The position numbers and the translations under genes are program-made. A DNA stretch of 63,752 nt, counting the filler, from Pirum gemmata (taxonomy: Eukaryota), in NCBI GenBank assembly GCA_002812295.1. It is 26 parts of 26 records of this genome, joined end to end, with 100 filler letters (N's around TTAATTAATTAA, not from the genome) between each part and the next. Parts side by side here need not be neighbours in the genome. Positions count along the whole stretch, not along the records: positions 25,295 to 27,565 come from PDIN01007258.1; positions 27,666 to 29,679 come from PDIN01007259.1; positions 29,780 to 32,040 come from PDIN01007260.1; positions 32,141 to 34,372 come from PDIN01007261.1; positions 34,473 to 36,739 come from PDIN01007262.1; positions 36,840 to 39,111 come from PDIN01007264.1; positions 39,212 to 42,491 come from PDIN01007265.1; 19 more parts are not named here. One strand, given 5' to 3'. The notes beneath the pieces are model-generated. The model saw nothing but the letters and a program-made list of their open reading frames with translations, did not search any database and was not told the DNA's origin. Below are positions 26,575-39,434 of the stretch, in pieces (positions within the stretch are counted from its first letter, which is position 1; each line of letters begins with the position of its first letter).

Positions 26575-27160
26575 GCAACAAAATTTACTGTAAACAAAAA
26601 AATTTAAATGGCAAACAATAACAAACCTTGATTCTAATTTAGGAACAACAAACAACAAACAACAAACAACAAACAACAAACAACAAACAACAAACAACAA
26701 ACAACAAACAACAAACAACAAACAACAAACAACAAACAACAAACAACAANNNNNNNNNNNNNNNNNNNNNNNNNNNNNNNNNNNNNNNNNNNNNNNNCAA
26801 CAAACAACAAACAACAAACAACAAACAACAAACAACAAACAACAAACAACAAACAACAAACAACAAACAACAAACAACAAACAACAAACAACAAACAACA
26901 AACAACAAGCATACAAACAAATAAACAAAATTTAATAAACAAACATAAAAACAACAAACAACAAAGAGCATACCTTGAACAACAAAATTTAAACTACAAA
27001 CAGCAAACAAAAACATTTAAACTACAAAGAACAACAAACAAACAAACAAACAAACAAACAAACAAACGAACAAACAAACAAACAAACAAACAAACAAACA
27101 AACAAACAAAGTTAAACAAACAAACAAACAAACAAACAAGCAAGCAAAAAACAACAAACT
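26575..27160. repeat. (AACAACA)n and (AAAC)n microsatellites
   Basis: Visible directly. These are the source of the spurious CCLLFVV ORFs. Confidence 0.9.
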
Positions 27161-27433
27161 TTGATTCTAGCTTAGAAATCATTTAATTAAAAGGCCAAAA
27201 TCAGATAGACCTGCTTTTAAACTGATCCAGTAATCCCACCGTATGGTCTGATACTGTCTAGCAATTACAGTTAGACTAATTATAATACTACAACAGTGCA
27301 GTACAGTGTACTAACTGAGGCTCCTCAAATTGTATCATATTAATATTTTCTTAGTTATCATAGTCTACTAATAATTACAGTTAACTACAGCTTCAAGTAA
27401 GTAGTCTAGCTAGTCTTGATGGACTAAACAAAC

Positions 27434-27531
27434 CTAATCCTAACCCTAACCCTAACCCTAACCCTAACCCTAACCCTAACCCTAACCCTAACCCTAACCC
27501 TAACCCTAACCCTAACCCTAACCCTAACCCT
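27434..27531. repeat. Perfect interstitial (CCCTAA)n tract. Similar tracts at ~12525-12655, 34005-34063, 34473-34503, 34649-34716, 47618-47680, 61163-61233 and 62413-62470.
   Basis: Canonical TTAGGG-type telomere repeat, mostly with unique sequence on both sides. Confidence 0.92.
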
Positions 27532-27770
27532 ATAGCAATAGCAATAGCAATAGCAATAGTAATAGNNNNNNNNNNNNNNNNNNNNNNNNNNNNNNNNNNN
27601 NNNNNNNNNTTAATTAATTAANNNNNNNNNNNNNNNNNNNNNNNNNNNNNNNNNNNNNNNNNNNNTTATTGCGGTTGTTATTGTCGTTGTTGTTGTTGCT
27701 GTTGTTGTTGTTGTTGTTATTGTCTTTGTCTTTGTCTTTGTTGTTGTTTTTGTTGTCTTTGTCTTTGTCT

Positions 27771-27826
<56 letters not shown>

Positions 27827-28080
27827 GGCGTTGTTTTTTTGTTATTAACTTCTCACTTATATTGTCATTTGTGTATAAAAGGGGATTGAGCTTGACAACA
27901 GAATATATTTACTTATGAGAAAAGTGGGCTCTGCAGATTTTTAGATTGAAATAAATATTACACTATTGTAAAGGTACATAGGTACTAAGACAAATAACAA
28001 ACTCAGTGAACAGAACTACAACAAGGGATAACAAAAACAATAATAGTAATAATTACTACTACTACTACTACTACTATTAT

Positions 28081-28113
<33 letters not shown>

Positions 28114-28114
28114 G

Positions 28115-28190
<76 letters not shown>

Positions 28191-28199
28191 AATATTAAA

Positions 28200-28305
28200 A
28201 TCCTCCAATTTTAATGAAAGTACTACCAATTTTTCAGAAATCATCTAACTAAGAAAACTCTAATATAAGCCAATGGTCAGTTTTTAATAATAATTTGGCT
28301 AGTTA
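28200..28305. repeat. Interspersed repeat, inverted copy at ~44462-44566
   Basis: CCAATTTTAATGAAAGTACTACCAATTTTT...AATAATTTGGCTAGTT matches the reverse complement of AACTAGCCAAATTATT...AAAAATTGGTAGCACTTTGATTAAAATTGG. Confidence 0.6.
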
Positions 28306-28724
28306 GCATTTAAAAGGTTTTTAGAAAAGAAGTCTAAATAAAATGGTTTTTTGTAGTTTTATCCGGCTTGGCTGCAAAAAAAAAAATACGACTAATAAAA
28401 GGCAATGACTTCTATTTCAATTTTAATGACTTTTATTATTATTATTACGCGTAGACCACAATCCAGCACCTATTTCTATTGAATCTTTTTGCCTCTAGTA
28501 GTAATAAATGTTGGGAATTTTACACAGAATTTAAATTATTATTAGTTTTTTTTTTCTTTTTTTTACTCCTATCTACGACAACTATTATATGATAATTAAG
28601 TCATAAATGATATTAGTACTGCGTCATCGATGATATTAGCATTACTATGGTAGAGGCCCCAATTAACTTTCTGTACATTTTTTTTTTATCCCTTATCATT
28701 TATTTAATGTTTAAAAAAACGTAT

Positions 28725-28827
<103 letters not shown>

Positions 28828-28834
28828 TGTAGTT

Positions 28835-28867
<33 letters not shown>

Positions 28868-29297
28868 ATAGTAGTAGAAGTAGTAGCAGCAGTAGTAGTA
28901 GTAGTAGTAGTAGTGGTAGTAGTATTAGTAGTAGTAGTAGTAGTAGTGGTAGTATTAGTTAGTAGTAGTAGTAGTAGTAGTAAGTAGCAGTAGTAGTAGT
29001 AGTAGTTGTTGTTGCTGTTGTTGTTGTTGTTGTAGCAGTAGTAGCAGTAGTATGATCGTATTTAGTAGTAGAAGTAGTAGTAGTAGCAGTAGTTAACACA
29101 TTTTTACTAATTAATTTTTTTTTTACTGACCGAGGTTTTTAGTTGATCAATTTTTGATCAATTTCGAACATTCCACTTTTTATTATGAAAACTGAGAGGG
29201 CCTTGTGATAAAAAGTGGGTTTTTTTGCGAAAGAGTGACACTAACTGCGAACGAGTGACACTAACTGCGAAAGAGTGATACTAACCCAGGTTAGTGT

Positions 29298-29527
29298 TAG
29301 GCTTCTCCCAATTCTGCTTTGTTTAAAAATCGAGTTTTCGAGCCTATGCATTAATTAAATAAGTTCGAAAATTTTAATCTAACAGTTAAGTATTTGAGTA
29401 TATTTATTTATTTATAAACCCGAAAAAATGGAAATAATAATTTTCGAACAGGGCTGAATTTCGGCTTTTTTTTTGTCGACAGCAGAAATTCGAGTTTTCG
29501 GGCTCGAGCAGAATTGGGAGAGGCTTA
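29298..29527. mobile_element. hAT-type MITE family B (TIR TAGGCTTCTCCCAATTCTGCT). Other copies at 33390-33600, 35848-36052 (partial), 42971-43741 (internally amplified), ~44190-44390 (inverted, partial) and 29622-29679.
   Basis: Imperfect 21-bp TIRs and an 8-bp TSD GTTAGTGT/GTTAATGT (7 of 8 match). An 8-bp TSD and TAG- terminus are typical of hAT elements. Confidence 0.85.
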
Positions 29528-29849
29528 GTTAATGTCACTCTTTTTGATTATTAAAATTTCCTTTTTTGGAAAGAGTGACACTAACCAAATGCAAAAAAAA
29601 TAGCGAAAAAAAAACGCACTATTTGAGCCTATGCATTAATTAAATAAGTTCGAAAATTTTAAGCTAACAGTTAAGTATTNNNNNNNNNNNNNNNNNNNNN
29701 NNNNNNNNNNNNNNNNNNNNNNNTTAATTAATTAANNNNNNNNNNNNNNNNNNNNNNNNNNNNNNNNNNNNNNNNNNNNTAATATATATATATATATATC
29801 CTGTAAAGTTATTATAAAGTTATTAACATAATCTACCGATTTTTATTAG

Positions 29850-30603
29850 GAAATGTGAACGTATAGGACTGTCTTGTTGTAAAATAAAAACTATTGGTAT
29901 ATCTGCTTATTCTACTGATAATTGTAAATGGTCTGAATGGTCTGAAAAGGTATATATATACGCAGAGTCTTGAATTTCAATAATATTCTCCTTCTGTTAG
30001 TTCTGTTAGAGTTTAATTAATAATAGTTTTATGAATAATTGTCATTATATTTATTAATTAAGTTAATTAAATATGTTTTTCTTAAAAAAAAATCAACAGG
30101 GACATTGGTTTGAAAACATAGGCAATCAATTTTTTATAACTGGTCTACAATGCCGAAATGAAGGTTGTAAACAGCAAAGATTTCGCCTCTGTCAATTCGA
30201 AAACGCTGGTAATTAATACTAGTACCCTTTGTTTTCTTTTTTCCCTTATATTTTTATATAATAAAATTGCAGAAAAAGTCCACATCTAGCCAGGCACACA
30301 TACACGCACACACACGCACACACACGCACACACACACCTACACACACCTACACACACCTACACACACCTACACACACCTACACACACTTACACACATCTA
30401 CACACACCTACACACACACACATTTTAAAAAAAAACTAAAAATACAATTTTATTATTGCAGAATTGACACCGGAACAAAATACAGACATAGTTACAAGTA
30501 CTTGGATGGATCAAAAAAATTGTAAAAAAAACTCAGTTTTAAAGACAATTAGGAGGTAACGTTGACCTTAAGTCCCACTTTAAAGCTGCCACTATCACTA
30601 TCG

Positions 30604-30638
<35 letters not shown>

Positions 30639-30639
30639 T

Positions 30640-30680
<41 letters not shown>

Positions 30681-31288
30681 TTACTACTACTACTACTACA
30701 ACTACTACTACTTTTTTAAAATATAATAAAAATAGATCTAGCGCAGATGGATCAACAGAAGATGGACAATGTCATGGTGTACTTGATACAACCAAAGATA
30801 GATTTAATTATTTTATAGACAGGATAAACCTTTTGAAAAACCTTTACTTAGGTGGAGCAAATGTAATTTTATCTTTTATAGGAATAATTGAAATAGAGCA
30901 GAAACATGTAAATCAAAAATATACTGAAACAGGTAATCTAGAGTATAAAGAGATGAAAGGGTTATTAGAACGTGTAAAAGCTATTGTTGGCGCAACAATT
31001 CATGATTCCTTACGGCTTCGAGGTGCAGTAGATGAATTAGAAGAACTTTTGTTGGACAACTTGCTCCAAGTCGATAAAGAAGAAACTTTAACACAAGTTG
31101 GCGAAACTCAGAGTCACGCACTGAAATTAATCGAAGCTCTAAATAAATATGATTCTGTTTTAGATTTAGCAAACCTGGTTGTAAATCGTGTTGGGAATCA
31201 AATGAAAGGGGCTCAGCCTATAATAATAGATTTATTTAATGACAATATAATGATGCTTCTAGACGCTTTAAAGAACGTTATGGCTTAA
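29850..31288 (+). CDS. Cys/Trp-repeat protein with a helical C-terminal domain, 5'-partial. Exons 29850-29949, 30100-30208, 30462-30555 and 30736-31288.
   Basis: Three GT-AG introns with compatible phases (0, 1, 2) give KCERIGLSCC...CKWSEWSEKGHWFENIGNQFFITGLQCRNEGCKQQRFRLC...NCKKNSVLKTIRRS...QCHG, followed by ~170 aa of helical sequence to the TAA stop. Confidence 0.78.
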
Positions 31289-31460
31289 TTTTAATAAATT
31301 TAAAATATTTTATTATGATTGTTTGAACTAATTTACGCGCTGTAGTAGGTTGTCTCCTCTACTTGTCTCTTGTTACTAGGGGTGATATACCTATCTAGTG
31401 CTCCTACTGGGCAAGACTGGACCGGTGCCAACCGGTTATCCGAGTTTTGCTTACTGTAAC

Positions 31461-31497
<37 letters not shown>

Positions 31498-31586
31498 ATA
31501 GTAGCAGCAGCAGTAGTAGCAGTAGCAGTAGCAGTAGCAGTAGCAGTAACAGTAACAGTAGCAGCAGCAGCAGTAGCAGCAGCAGC

Positions 31587-31620
<34 letters not shown>

Positions 31621-31818
31621 TAAACCGTGTGATCCATAACATTTATGTACAATAGGCGTTATTATTACTACATGGGCATTTTACTATGATCGGGATTAGT
31701 AAAAGTAGTATTAATAATCACTGTAGCACTGAAATTAGTGTGGTTGCGAAAAACTATTCTTTTTACTTTAGAAACAGTCATTATCGTTTTCAAAATAAAA
31801 AATAAACTTTTTTTTTTT

Positions 31819-31866
<48 letters not shown>

Positions 31867-31916
31867 TTCTACTACTACTAGTAGTATTACTACTACTACT
31901 ATAGCTACTACTACTA

Positions 31917-31981
<65 letters not shown>

Positions 31982-31996
31982 TAACTACTACTACTA

Positions 31997-32040
<44 letters not shown>

Positions 32041-35000
32041 NNNNNNNNNNNNNNNNNNNNNNNNNNNNNNNNNNNNNNNNNNNNTTAATTAATTAANNNN
32101 NNNNNNNNNNNNNNNNNNNNNNNNNNNNNNNNNNNNNNNNTGTTTGTTGTTTGTTGTTTGTTGTTTGTTGTTTGTTGTTTGTGTATACATTGCACTTTTC
32201 TAAATAACATACATTACTGAAAATAATATATTATAGTTCCTTTAAATATGTCTTTGATGACATATGTTTTATAATGTTTGTACTTTAAATATGTCTTTGA
32301 TGAAATATATTTTATAATATTCAAAACGTACATGTTATATTAATATTATGATAAAATGAAATACAGAGTAATACATTTTATAATACACTTCAAATAGTAT
32401 AATATTATAATAATATTACGTTTCATATTATTATTTGAAAAAAAAAAGTAAAAAAAGAGAAAAAAAAAGAGTTACATAATATGAATGATCTTCATAATTA
32501 TGAATACATAGTATGATTGAAACTACAATTATAAAGTTAAAAGGAGTCATCTCCAATTTAAATGAACCTTTAAAATCACCTTGTGAAGTCGTTTTGTTGT
32601 GTTGGTTTTAAAAATAATAATATAACCGTAACTCTAACTTTAACTCTTTTATTACTATTTTATAATAGTTAATAAAAATATTACAACTACAAATTATTTA
32701 ACGATTTATAAAGTTAAATTCACAAGGAATAAAAACTAATATATAATACAAAGATAACTATTTACTACAACTATATATTATAACTATAACCATATCCATA
32801 ACTATTAGTGTAACATTACTTATACCTATACCTATAACTATAACTATAACTATATAACTGCAGCTATAATTATAACTACAACTAAAGCTACAACTATATT
32901 AATAATACCTAATAACTGTAACTACAGCTATAACTATAACTATAACTAAATTGATCTATACCTATAAGCATAACTCTAAACATTGTTCCGTGTATGATAC
33001 GGGACAAATTCAACAAATAGTATAGTGCTTTTCAGTTGTTTTGTCATTATAAAGTATACAATAAATAGTACCAAAATTTAATTAATATTATAGTATATTT
33101 TTTTATCTGTGCATAGATTTAAAATAGTCAATTTAAAGATTATAACCCTCCAAATAAATATTCGGAGCGACAAAATATGAAATGCACAATAACAAAATGG
33201 TACTAGCAAAATGGTACGCTAAAATCCAATTACATAAAAGTGTCTTGTTATCAACCAATTACTATCATTTTTTATTTAAAAAATATTTTTTTTTTTTAAA
33301 AAAAATTACATGGAGAAGAATGAGTGAAGAATGTGATAGCAATATTATAGCAGCTATTATAGACTTATTATAGCTAATATTATCTCGATTAGGTTTCTCC
33401 AAATTCTGCTTTACTTAAAAATCGAGTTTTCGAGACTATGCATTAATTAAATAAGTTCGAAAATTTTTTAAGCTATAACATAACAGTTTTAAGTATTTAC
33501 TTATAAACTCGAAAAAATGGAAAAAATAATTTTCGAACCGTGCTGAATTTTGGCTTTTTTTTTCGACAGCAGAAATTCGAGCAGAATTGGGAGAGGGTTA
33601 TTGGCAAAAAGTTATTGCTGATGAAATTGGCAAAAAGTTATTGCTGATGAAATTGGCAAATTGACAGAAATTATTGCTGTGCCAGTCAGTGTGCCTGACA
33701 CTGCCTGCTAGGACACTGCCTGACAGTGCCTGTTGAGTGTTGAGTTGACTAATAAATTCCAATCCGATTATAAAAGACTATACATATTTGGAAATAAGTT
33801 GTAAAGACTATACATATTTGGAAATAAGTGCTTTTCTTGTAAAATTAACCAATCAAATTTGGATAAGATAAGCTTATCACCACTAGTAGCAGTTATCACG
33901 TTTCTATATATAGTAAATTTTGGCTATTTTCGAAAATGCTATCATATATTTTTTTTAAAAAAAAAAAAAAAATTGATCAATGAAGTGTCAAATTGTCAAT
34001 GACTAACCCTAACCCTAACCCTAACCCTAACCCTAACCCTAACCCTAACCCTAACCCTAACCCTGATATCATAGAGTTTATCATAGCTAACTCTAGCTAA
34101 GCTTTTATAATATTATGATATCTAACACTTATCTAACTGCCAATAATATAGACTAAATGCTCAACAAGTTGTTCAACAGCTATTTTTCAGATTCAAGTTT
34201 TTGCCGATTTCCTCTCTAGCTAGAGTAGTGCCGATTCGTTTTCAGTGCACTACCCACAGTGCCCACAGACTCCCACAGACTCCCACAGACAGACTCCCAC
34301 ATTTATTTATTTTTATTTATTTATTTATTTATTTATTTATTTGTTTGTTTATTTATTTATTTATTTATTTATNNNNNNNNNNNNNNNNNNNNNNNNNNNN
34401 NNNNNNNNNNNNNNNNTTAATTAATTAANNNNNNNNNNNNNNNNNNNNNNNNNNNNNNNNNNNNNNNNNNNNCCCTAACCCTAACCCTAACCCTAACCCT
34501 AACAGACTCTGCCCTCTTACTCTGCCCTCTTACTCTGCCCTCTTGGAGAAATGGTACTAATCTTGATCAATCTAGTAATTGTCACCAAGAACTACCAAAT
34601 CCGCCAATTAGGATTAAAAAGAAGCACCAGTTAGTTGGTCCAGTCGCACCCTAACCCTAACCCTAACCCTAACCCTAACCCTAACCCTAACCCTAACCCT
34701 AACCCTAACCCTAACCCAACCACGAATCAAATAGTTATAATTAAACTATTCCCATCAATATGATAGTTTAATTAATTGAACTAATTTTTATCAACTACGA
34801 ATCAAAGAGTTAAAAATAAACTACTATCATAATATTGTTTGTTGTTGTTTGTTGTTTGTTGTTTGTTGTTGCTTGTTGTTGTTTGTTGTTGTTTGTTGTT
34901 GTTGGTTGTTGTTGTTTGTTGTTGTTTGTTGTTTGTTGTTTGTTGTTTGTTGTTGTTTGTTGTTGCTGTTTGTTGTTGTTTGTTGTTGTTGTTTGTTGTT

Positions 35001-35318
35001 GTTGTTTGTTGTTGTTGTTTGTTGTTGTTGTTTGTTGTTGTTTGTTGTTGTTGTTTGTTNNNNNNNNNNNNNNNNNNNNNNNNNNNNNNNNNNNNNNNNN
35101 NNNNNNNNNNNNNNNNNNNNNNNNNNNNNNNNNNNNNNNNNNNNNNNNTTGTTTGTTGTTTGTTGTTGTTTGTTGTTTGTTGTTGTTTGTTGTTGTTTGT
35201 TGTTGTTTGTTGTTGTTTGTTGTTGTTGTTTGTTGTTTGTGGTTGACCCCTATGATTATTGATATTATCAGATATGCATACTATCTATCAAATCATACGA
35301 TAATATTTTTTTGGGAGA

Positions 35319-35516
35319 TAAGGGAAAATATAATCGAATCAAACAGCTCGATCCTATTTATTAAATAGTAATAATTTTGAAATGATACTTTTTTTTTTCG
35401 AGTTTCAAGTTTTTTTCTATAAATTTCTAAGAAAATCAAAAGTGAGTCAATACTTAAAATTAGATCGAAAAATTTCGAAAATTTCCAACTAGTCTCGATT
35501 CGATAATTTTTCCCCA
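35319..35516. mobile_element. MITE family G, inverted copy at ~53368-53552
   Basis: Ends GGGAAAA..ATCGAATC and GATTCGAT..TTTTCCC. The interior TTAGATCGAAAAATTTCGAAAATTTC is shared by both copies. Confidence 0.65.
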
Positions 35517-38189
35517 GAGGATTTTCAAACTAGATTTTCAAAAAAAAAAAAAAAAATCCTGTTGATAATTTACTTATTTGGAGGGGTTATGCCTATATTT
35601 GGGATACTACTAAGGGAATGTTCAAATAATACGTTACGTCAAAGGGTTGGTAGGTAGGTAGTATTTGACCGGAAATTAACGTCGAGGGGTAGATAGGTAG
35701 GGGTATTCGAAACTGTATTTGGCCAGAAATTGGCATTAAGTAGTATTTGGATACTACTAAACCAAAAAAGGTACCTTTAAGTTCCTTTTTTGGCAATTTT
35801 AATTTCAAATTTCTAATCGGCCAATAAAAATGCTTAAAAGGTGCTCAAAGCTATTCTCCCAATTCTGCTCTTTTTAAAAATCGAGATTTCGAGTCTATAT
35901 ATTAATTAATAAGTTCGAAATGTTCAAGCTTACAATTAAGCATTCAAATATATTTATTTATTAATAAGCTCGAAAAATACAAAAAAAGAATATTTTTCGA
36001 ACGGAGCTGAATTTTGGATTTTTTTTGACAGCAGAAATTCGAGTTTTCGAACCAGCCAATCACAGCTCTATAAATCAAGTACAATACGATTCTTCCCGAT
36101 TTGGGGCAAATAGCTTAAAAACATCTAACTTTATTTTACCTCCCACTTTTTTTTTTATATATTCGAAAATTCAAACCTATTAAATACATATTACAAAACT
36201 TAATGTTCGAAAAACTGAATGTTATAGTGAACCCAAAAAGTTGGAATTTTTTAATTATGTTGTAAATTGTAATTGTTTGTACTTTACCATATTAGTCTAA
36301 ATTTCAAAAACTGAAATAAATGTCTATGGTGGAGAAAAACCTACCAAATTATCAATATGGTTAAACTATTGGGCATGTTTTAATTAATTTGGTAGTTTTT
36401 AATATTTAATGTTTTACTTATAAACAGCTTCAAACAGTACCAAATTAAAATTGAGAGGAAAACTGTGAAATGATATCGTCTAGCTAGACTATTAAAATTT
36501 TATTTTTATTTTTTAAAATAACAGTTGTCCTCTGAATCTTTAATTGGGTATTTTTTAAGTGTATAATTGTACTGTTTTATAAAATGAAATATTATATATA
36601 AAATACCAAATTAATCAAAACATGTCCGATAGTTTAACCATAATTATAATTTGGTAGGTTTAATGTATTGAACTAGACTATTGAAAAACTATTGAAAAAC
36701 ACGATAGTTACTACTAGTCTAATACTCTTCTAATATTTTNNNNNNNNNNNNNNNNNNNNNNNNNNNNNNNNNNNNNNNNNNNNTTAATTAATTAANNNNN
36801 NNNNNNNNNNNNNNNNNNNNNNNNNNNNNNNNNNNNNNNAATAATAATAATAATAATAAAAATAAAATTGCGTAAATATGTAGCCCAATTGACATACAAT
36901 CAATGCCATACTGTTATATAAACCAAAGAAAGACTTTAATTTTAGTAAAGGAAAACCTAAGTCAAAATAATTTTTGTTCTTTCATCAATTTTATCAATCC
37001 ATGTAGCTAATTCTACTTTTGAATTTTAATTTGCCCATAGCCTAAACGGCAAACTTTCATAACCTGAGAAGCCAAAGAAAATGTACGTTTTAGCTCCAAC
37101 CAATTTTGCATCATTGTTTTGTTTTGTTTGTTTTGCTTAGCTTTGCTTTGCTTTGTGGTTTTAACCCTAACCCTAACCCTAACCTTAACCCTACCCCTAA
37201 CCCTTGTTGTTTTGTCCTTTCATCGGGTTTGTTTTTGATTACTACTACCTATGTAAGGGTTAGAATTACAAAAAAGCAACACTTCCAAAAGGCATGTACA
37301 AATCTGTTTCTATATCAACAACATCGAAAATGGAAAAATCTATTTTAAGAAGTTGATTACCTGAGTGGCTAAAATATAGCGGGAAACTATAGCAAAGAAA
37401 ACTAAAAAAAGTTAAGCTTTTAAATTGGTCTTCGGGTTACTTTTAACTGGGCTTGTTGCAGTTGTTCATTTTTCAAGTAGCAAAAGTTCGAATATTGTAG
37501 AGAAATCCCCCGAGAAATAATTCCGGATTGGAAATTTTATATTTATAAAGCCTCATAAAATACTAATACGTATAAATAAATAAAAAACTAAACAAGTTCG
37601 AAAATGTTAAAACGTTTTTTTTTAATTTTAAAATTATCATAAAAAAAAAATTAAAAAAAAAAAAAAAAAAAAGTTCAACACCAAATATAGAATTATAGCA
37701 AATATTATAGCGTACATGCGAGTTCTGTTCAAAAACTCGAAGATGCAACTATCGGGGAAGTGACGGTCACAACGGAAGCGCAAGTTAATTCTTTCCCTAT
37801 TTTTCCTTAATTTTTTTTTTTAGATCCGTATAATTTTTAAACTATTAAATTAGTTGTGATTTTAGACTAAGCATAATATTAAAACGTTGATTTTTTCGAC
37901 CATGTTTGCTGTTACTAATTTATAATAAGGGAGAAAGTGTGAGTTTTGAATACGTTCAAGGCGACTATGTTACGATTAAGTAAGGGTAAAGGTAAAGGTA
38001 AGGATAAGATATATATTACCACAGGGATGTCACCCTTTATGATTTATAAACCAATATAAAAGTGGTGTATATTTCAATGTATTCGAAATTCTTGGAATAT
38101 TTACAAAAAAATTAAGTATGACTATAGGGTAGTAATAATCTAACTTATATTCTAAAGTATTCAAAATCATACTTGAATAATTATGGAGA

Positions 38190-38822
38190 TATCAAGGAAC
38201 TCTTTTCAAGAGCACGAAACGTACAGCAATTCCAATCATCCCTTTGTACCACACACTATATTCCTCCATGTTTCGTCAATTGTTCCAAGTTTTTTTTTTG
38301 GAAAGCAAGTCATTCGTCAAACGCATTTGAATATTCATGAACATATCAAACACGGTTGTAAATTTTCCAAAAAGTAGTAAACTTGAAGATGATGCAGCAA
38401 TTCCAATCATAGTGGTTGTCGTCGGATTCTTCGGCGGACACATCTTCTGAACCGGAGAAGTCGGAGGAATCGGTAGCAGATTCAACGGAGAGCCTTTTGT
38501 ATTCGCTTATATTCTTAGAGCAAAACGTACTGTAATATTTTGATCATCCCTTTGTATTTGTTGTGCTCAATTAATTAATTAGGTTTTCTTTTAGAAAGCA
38601 AATCGTCAATCACCCTTAAATATTTATGAACATATCAAACATAGTTGTAAATTTTCCCAAAAACAGGAAACTTGAAGACAGGTGCAGCCATCCCAATCAT
38701 CCTTTTGCTTTTGGAAACGTACCGTGATTTTAATCATCCCTTTGTTTTTTTGTTTTGTTCAATTAATTAGGTTTTCTTTTGGAAAGCAAGTCGTCAATCA
38801 CACTTGAATATTTAAGAACACA
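38190..38822 (-). pseudogene. Three decayed tandem copies of the 3' part of that exon
   Basis: ATCATCCCTTTG recurs at ~38234, 38543, 38733 and 38874, and TTTGGAAAG(C/T)AAGTC-like motifs at ~38297, 38590, 38778 and 38931. The downstream copies contain stops and frameshifts. Confidence 0.65.
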
Positions 38823-39077
38823 TTAAGTATGGTTAGAACTCTTCCCAAGAGGAGGAAACGTGCAATAATCCCAATCATCCCTTTGCATTCTCTTATATTC
38901 CTCCGTTTTGGTCAATAGTTCAAGTTTTTCTTTGGAAAGTAAGTCATCAATACCCCTTTGAATACCTGTATCATTAAATGTGGTTCTTGATGGTATTGTG
39001 GCATCTTCACAAGAATACTTTCTACCACCACTACTCGATTCGGCTTCATCAATGTTGTTCACATCTTCATCGCTTTC
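38823..39077 (-). CDS. Probable terminal exon of an unknown gene (ESDEDVNNIDEAESSSGGRKYSCED...DDWDYCTFPPLGKSSNHT*)
   Basis: Branch point TACTAAT and acceptor aag| at 39078, then an open frame to TAA. Confidence 0.5.
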   Translation of the reverse strand, partial: ESDEDVNNIDEAESSSGGRKYSCEDATIPSRTTFNDTGIQRGIDDLLSKEKLELLTKTEEYKRMQRDDWDYCTFPPLGKSSNHT

Positions 39078-39434
39078 CTTTAGATTGAAAAGATAATTAG
39101 TACATGTAACTNNNNNNNNNNNNNNNNNNNNNNNNNNNNNNNNNNNNNNNNNNNNTTAATTAATTAANNNNNNNNNNNNNNNNNNNNNNNNNNNNNNNNN
39201 NNNNNNNNNNNCTAACCCTAACCTTAACCTTAACCTTAACCTTAACCTTAACCCTAACCCTAACTCTAACCCTAACACTAACACTAACACTAACACTAAC
39301 ACTAACCCTAACACTAACACTGACACTAACCTTAACCCTAACCCTAACCCTAACCCTGACCCTAACCCTAACCCTAACACTAACCTTAAAATTTACCCTT
39401 AACCTTAACCCTAAGTACAACAGTAAAAAAATAC

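Noticed and set aside
38823..39077. Continuation of the cereblon gene into the adjacent fragment
   Set aside because: It lies across an artificial linker, the splice phase does not match (1 versus 0) and it has no CULT-domain motifs.
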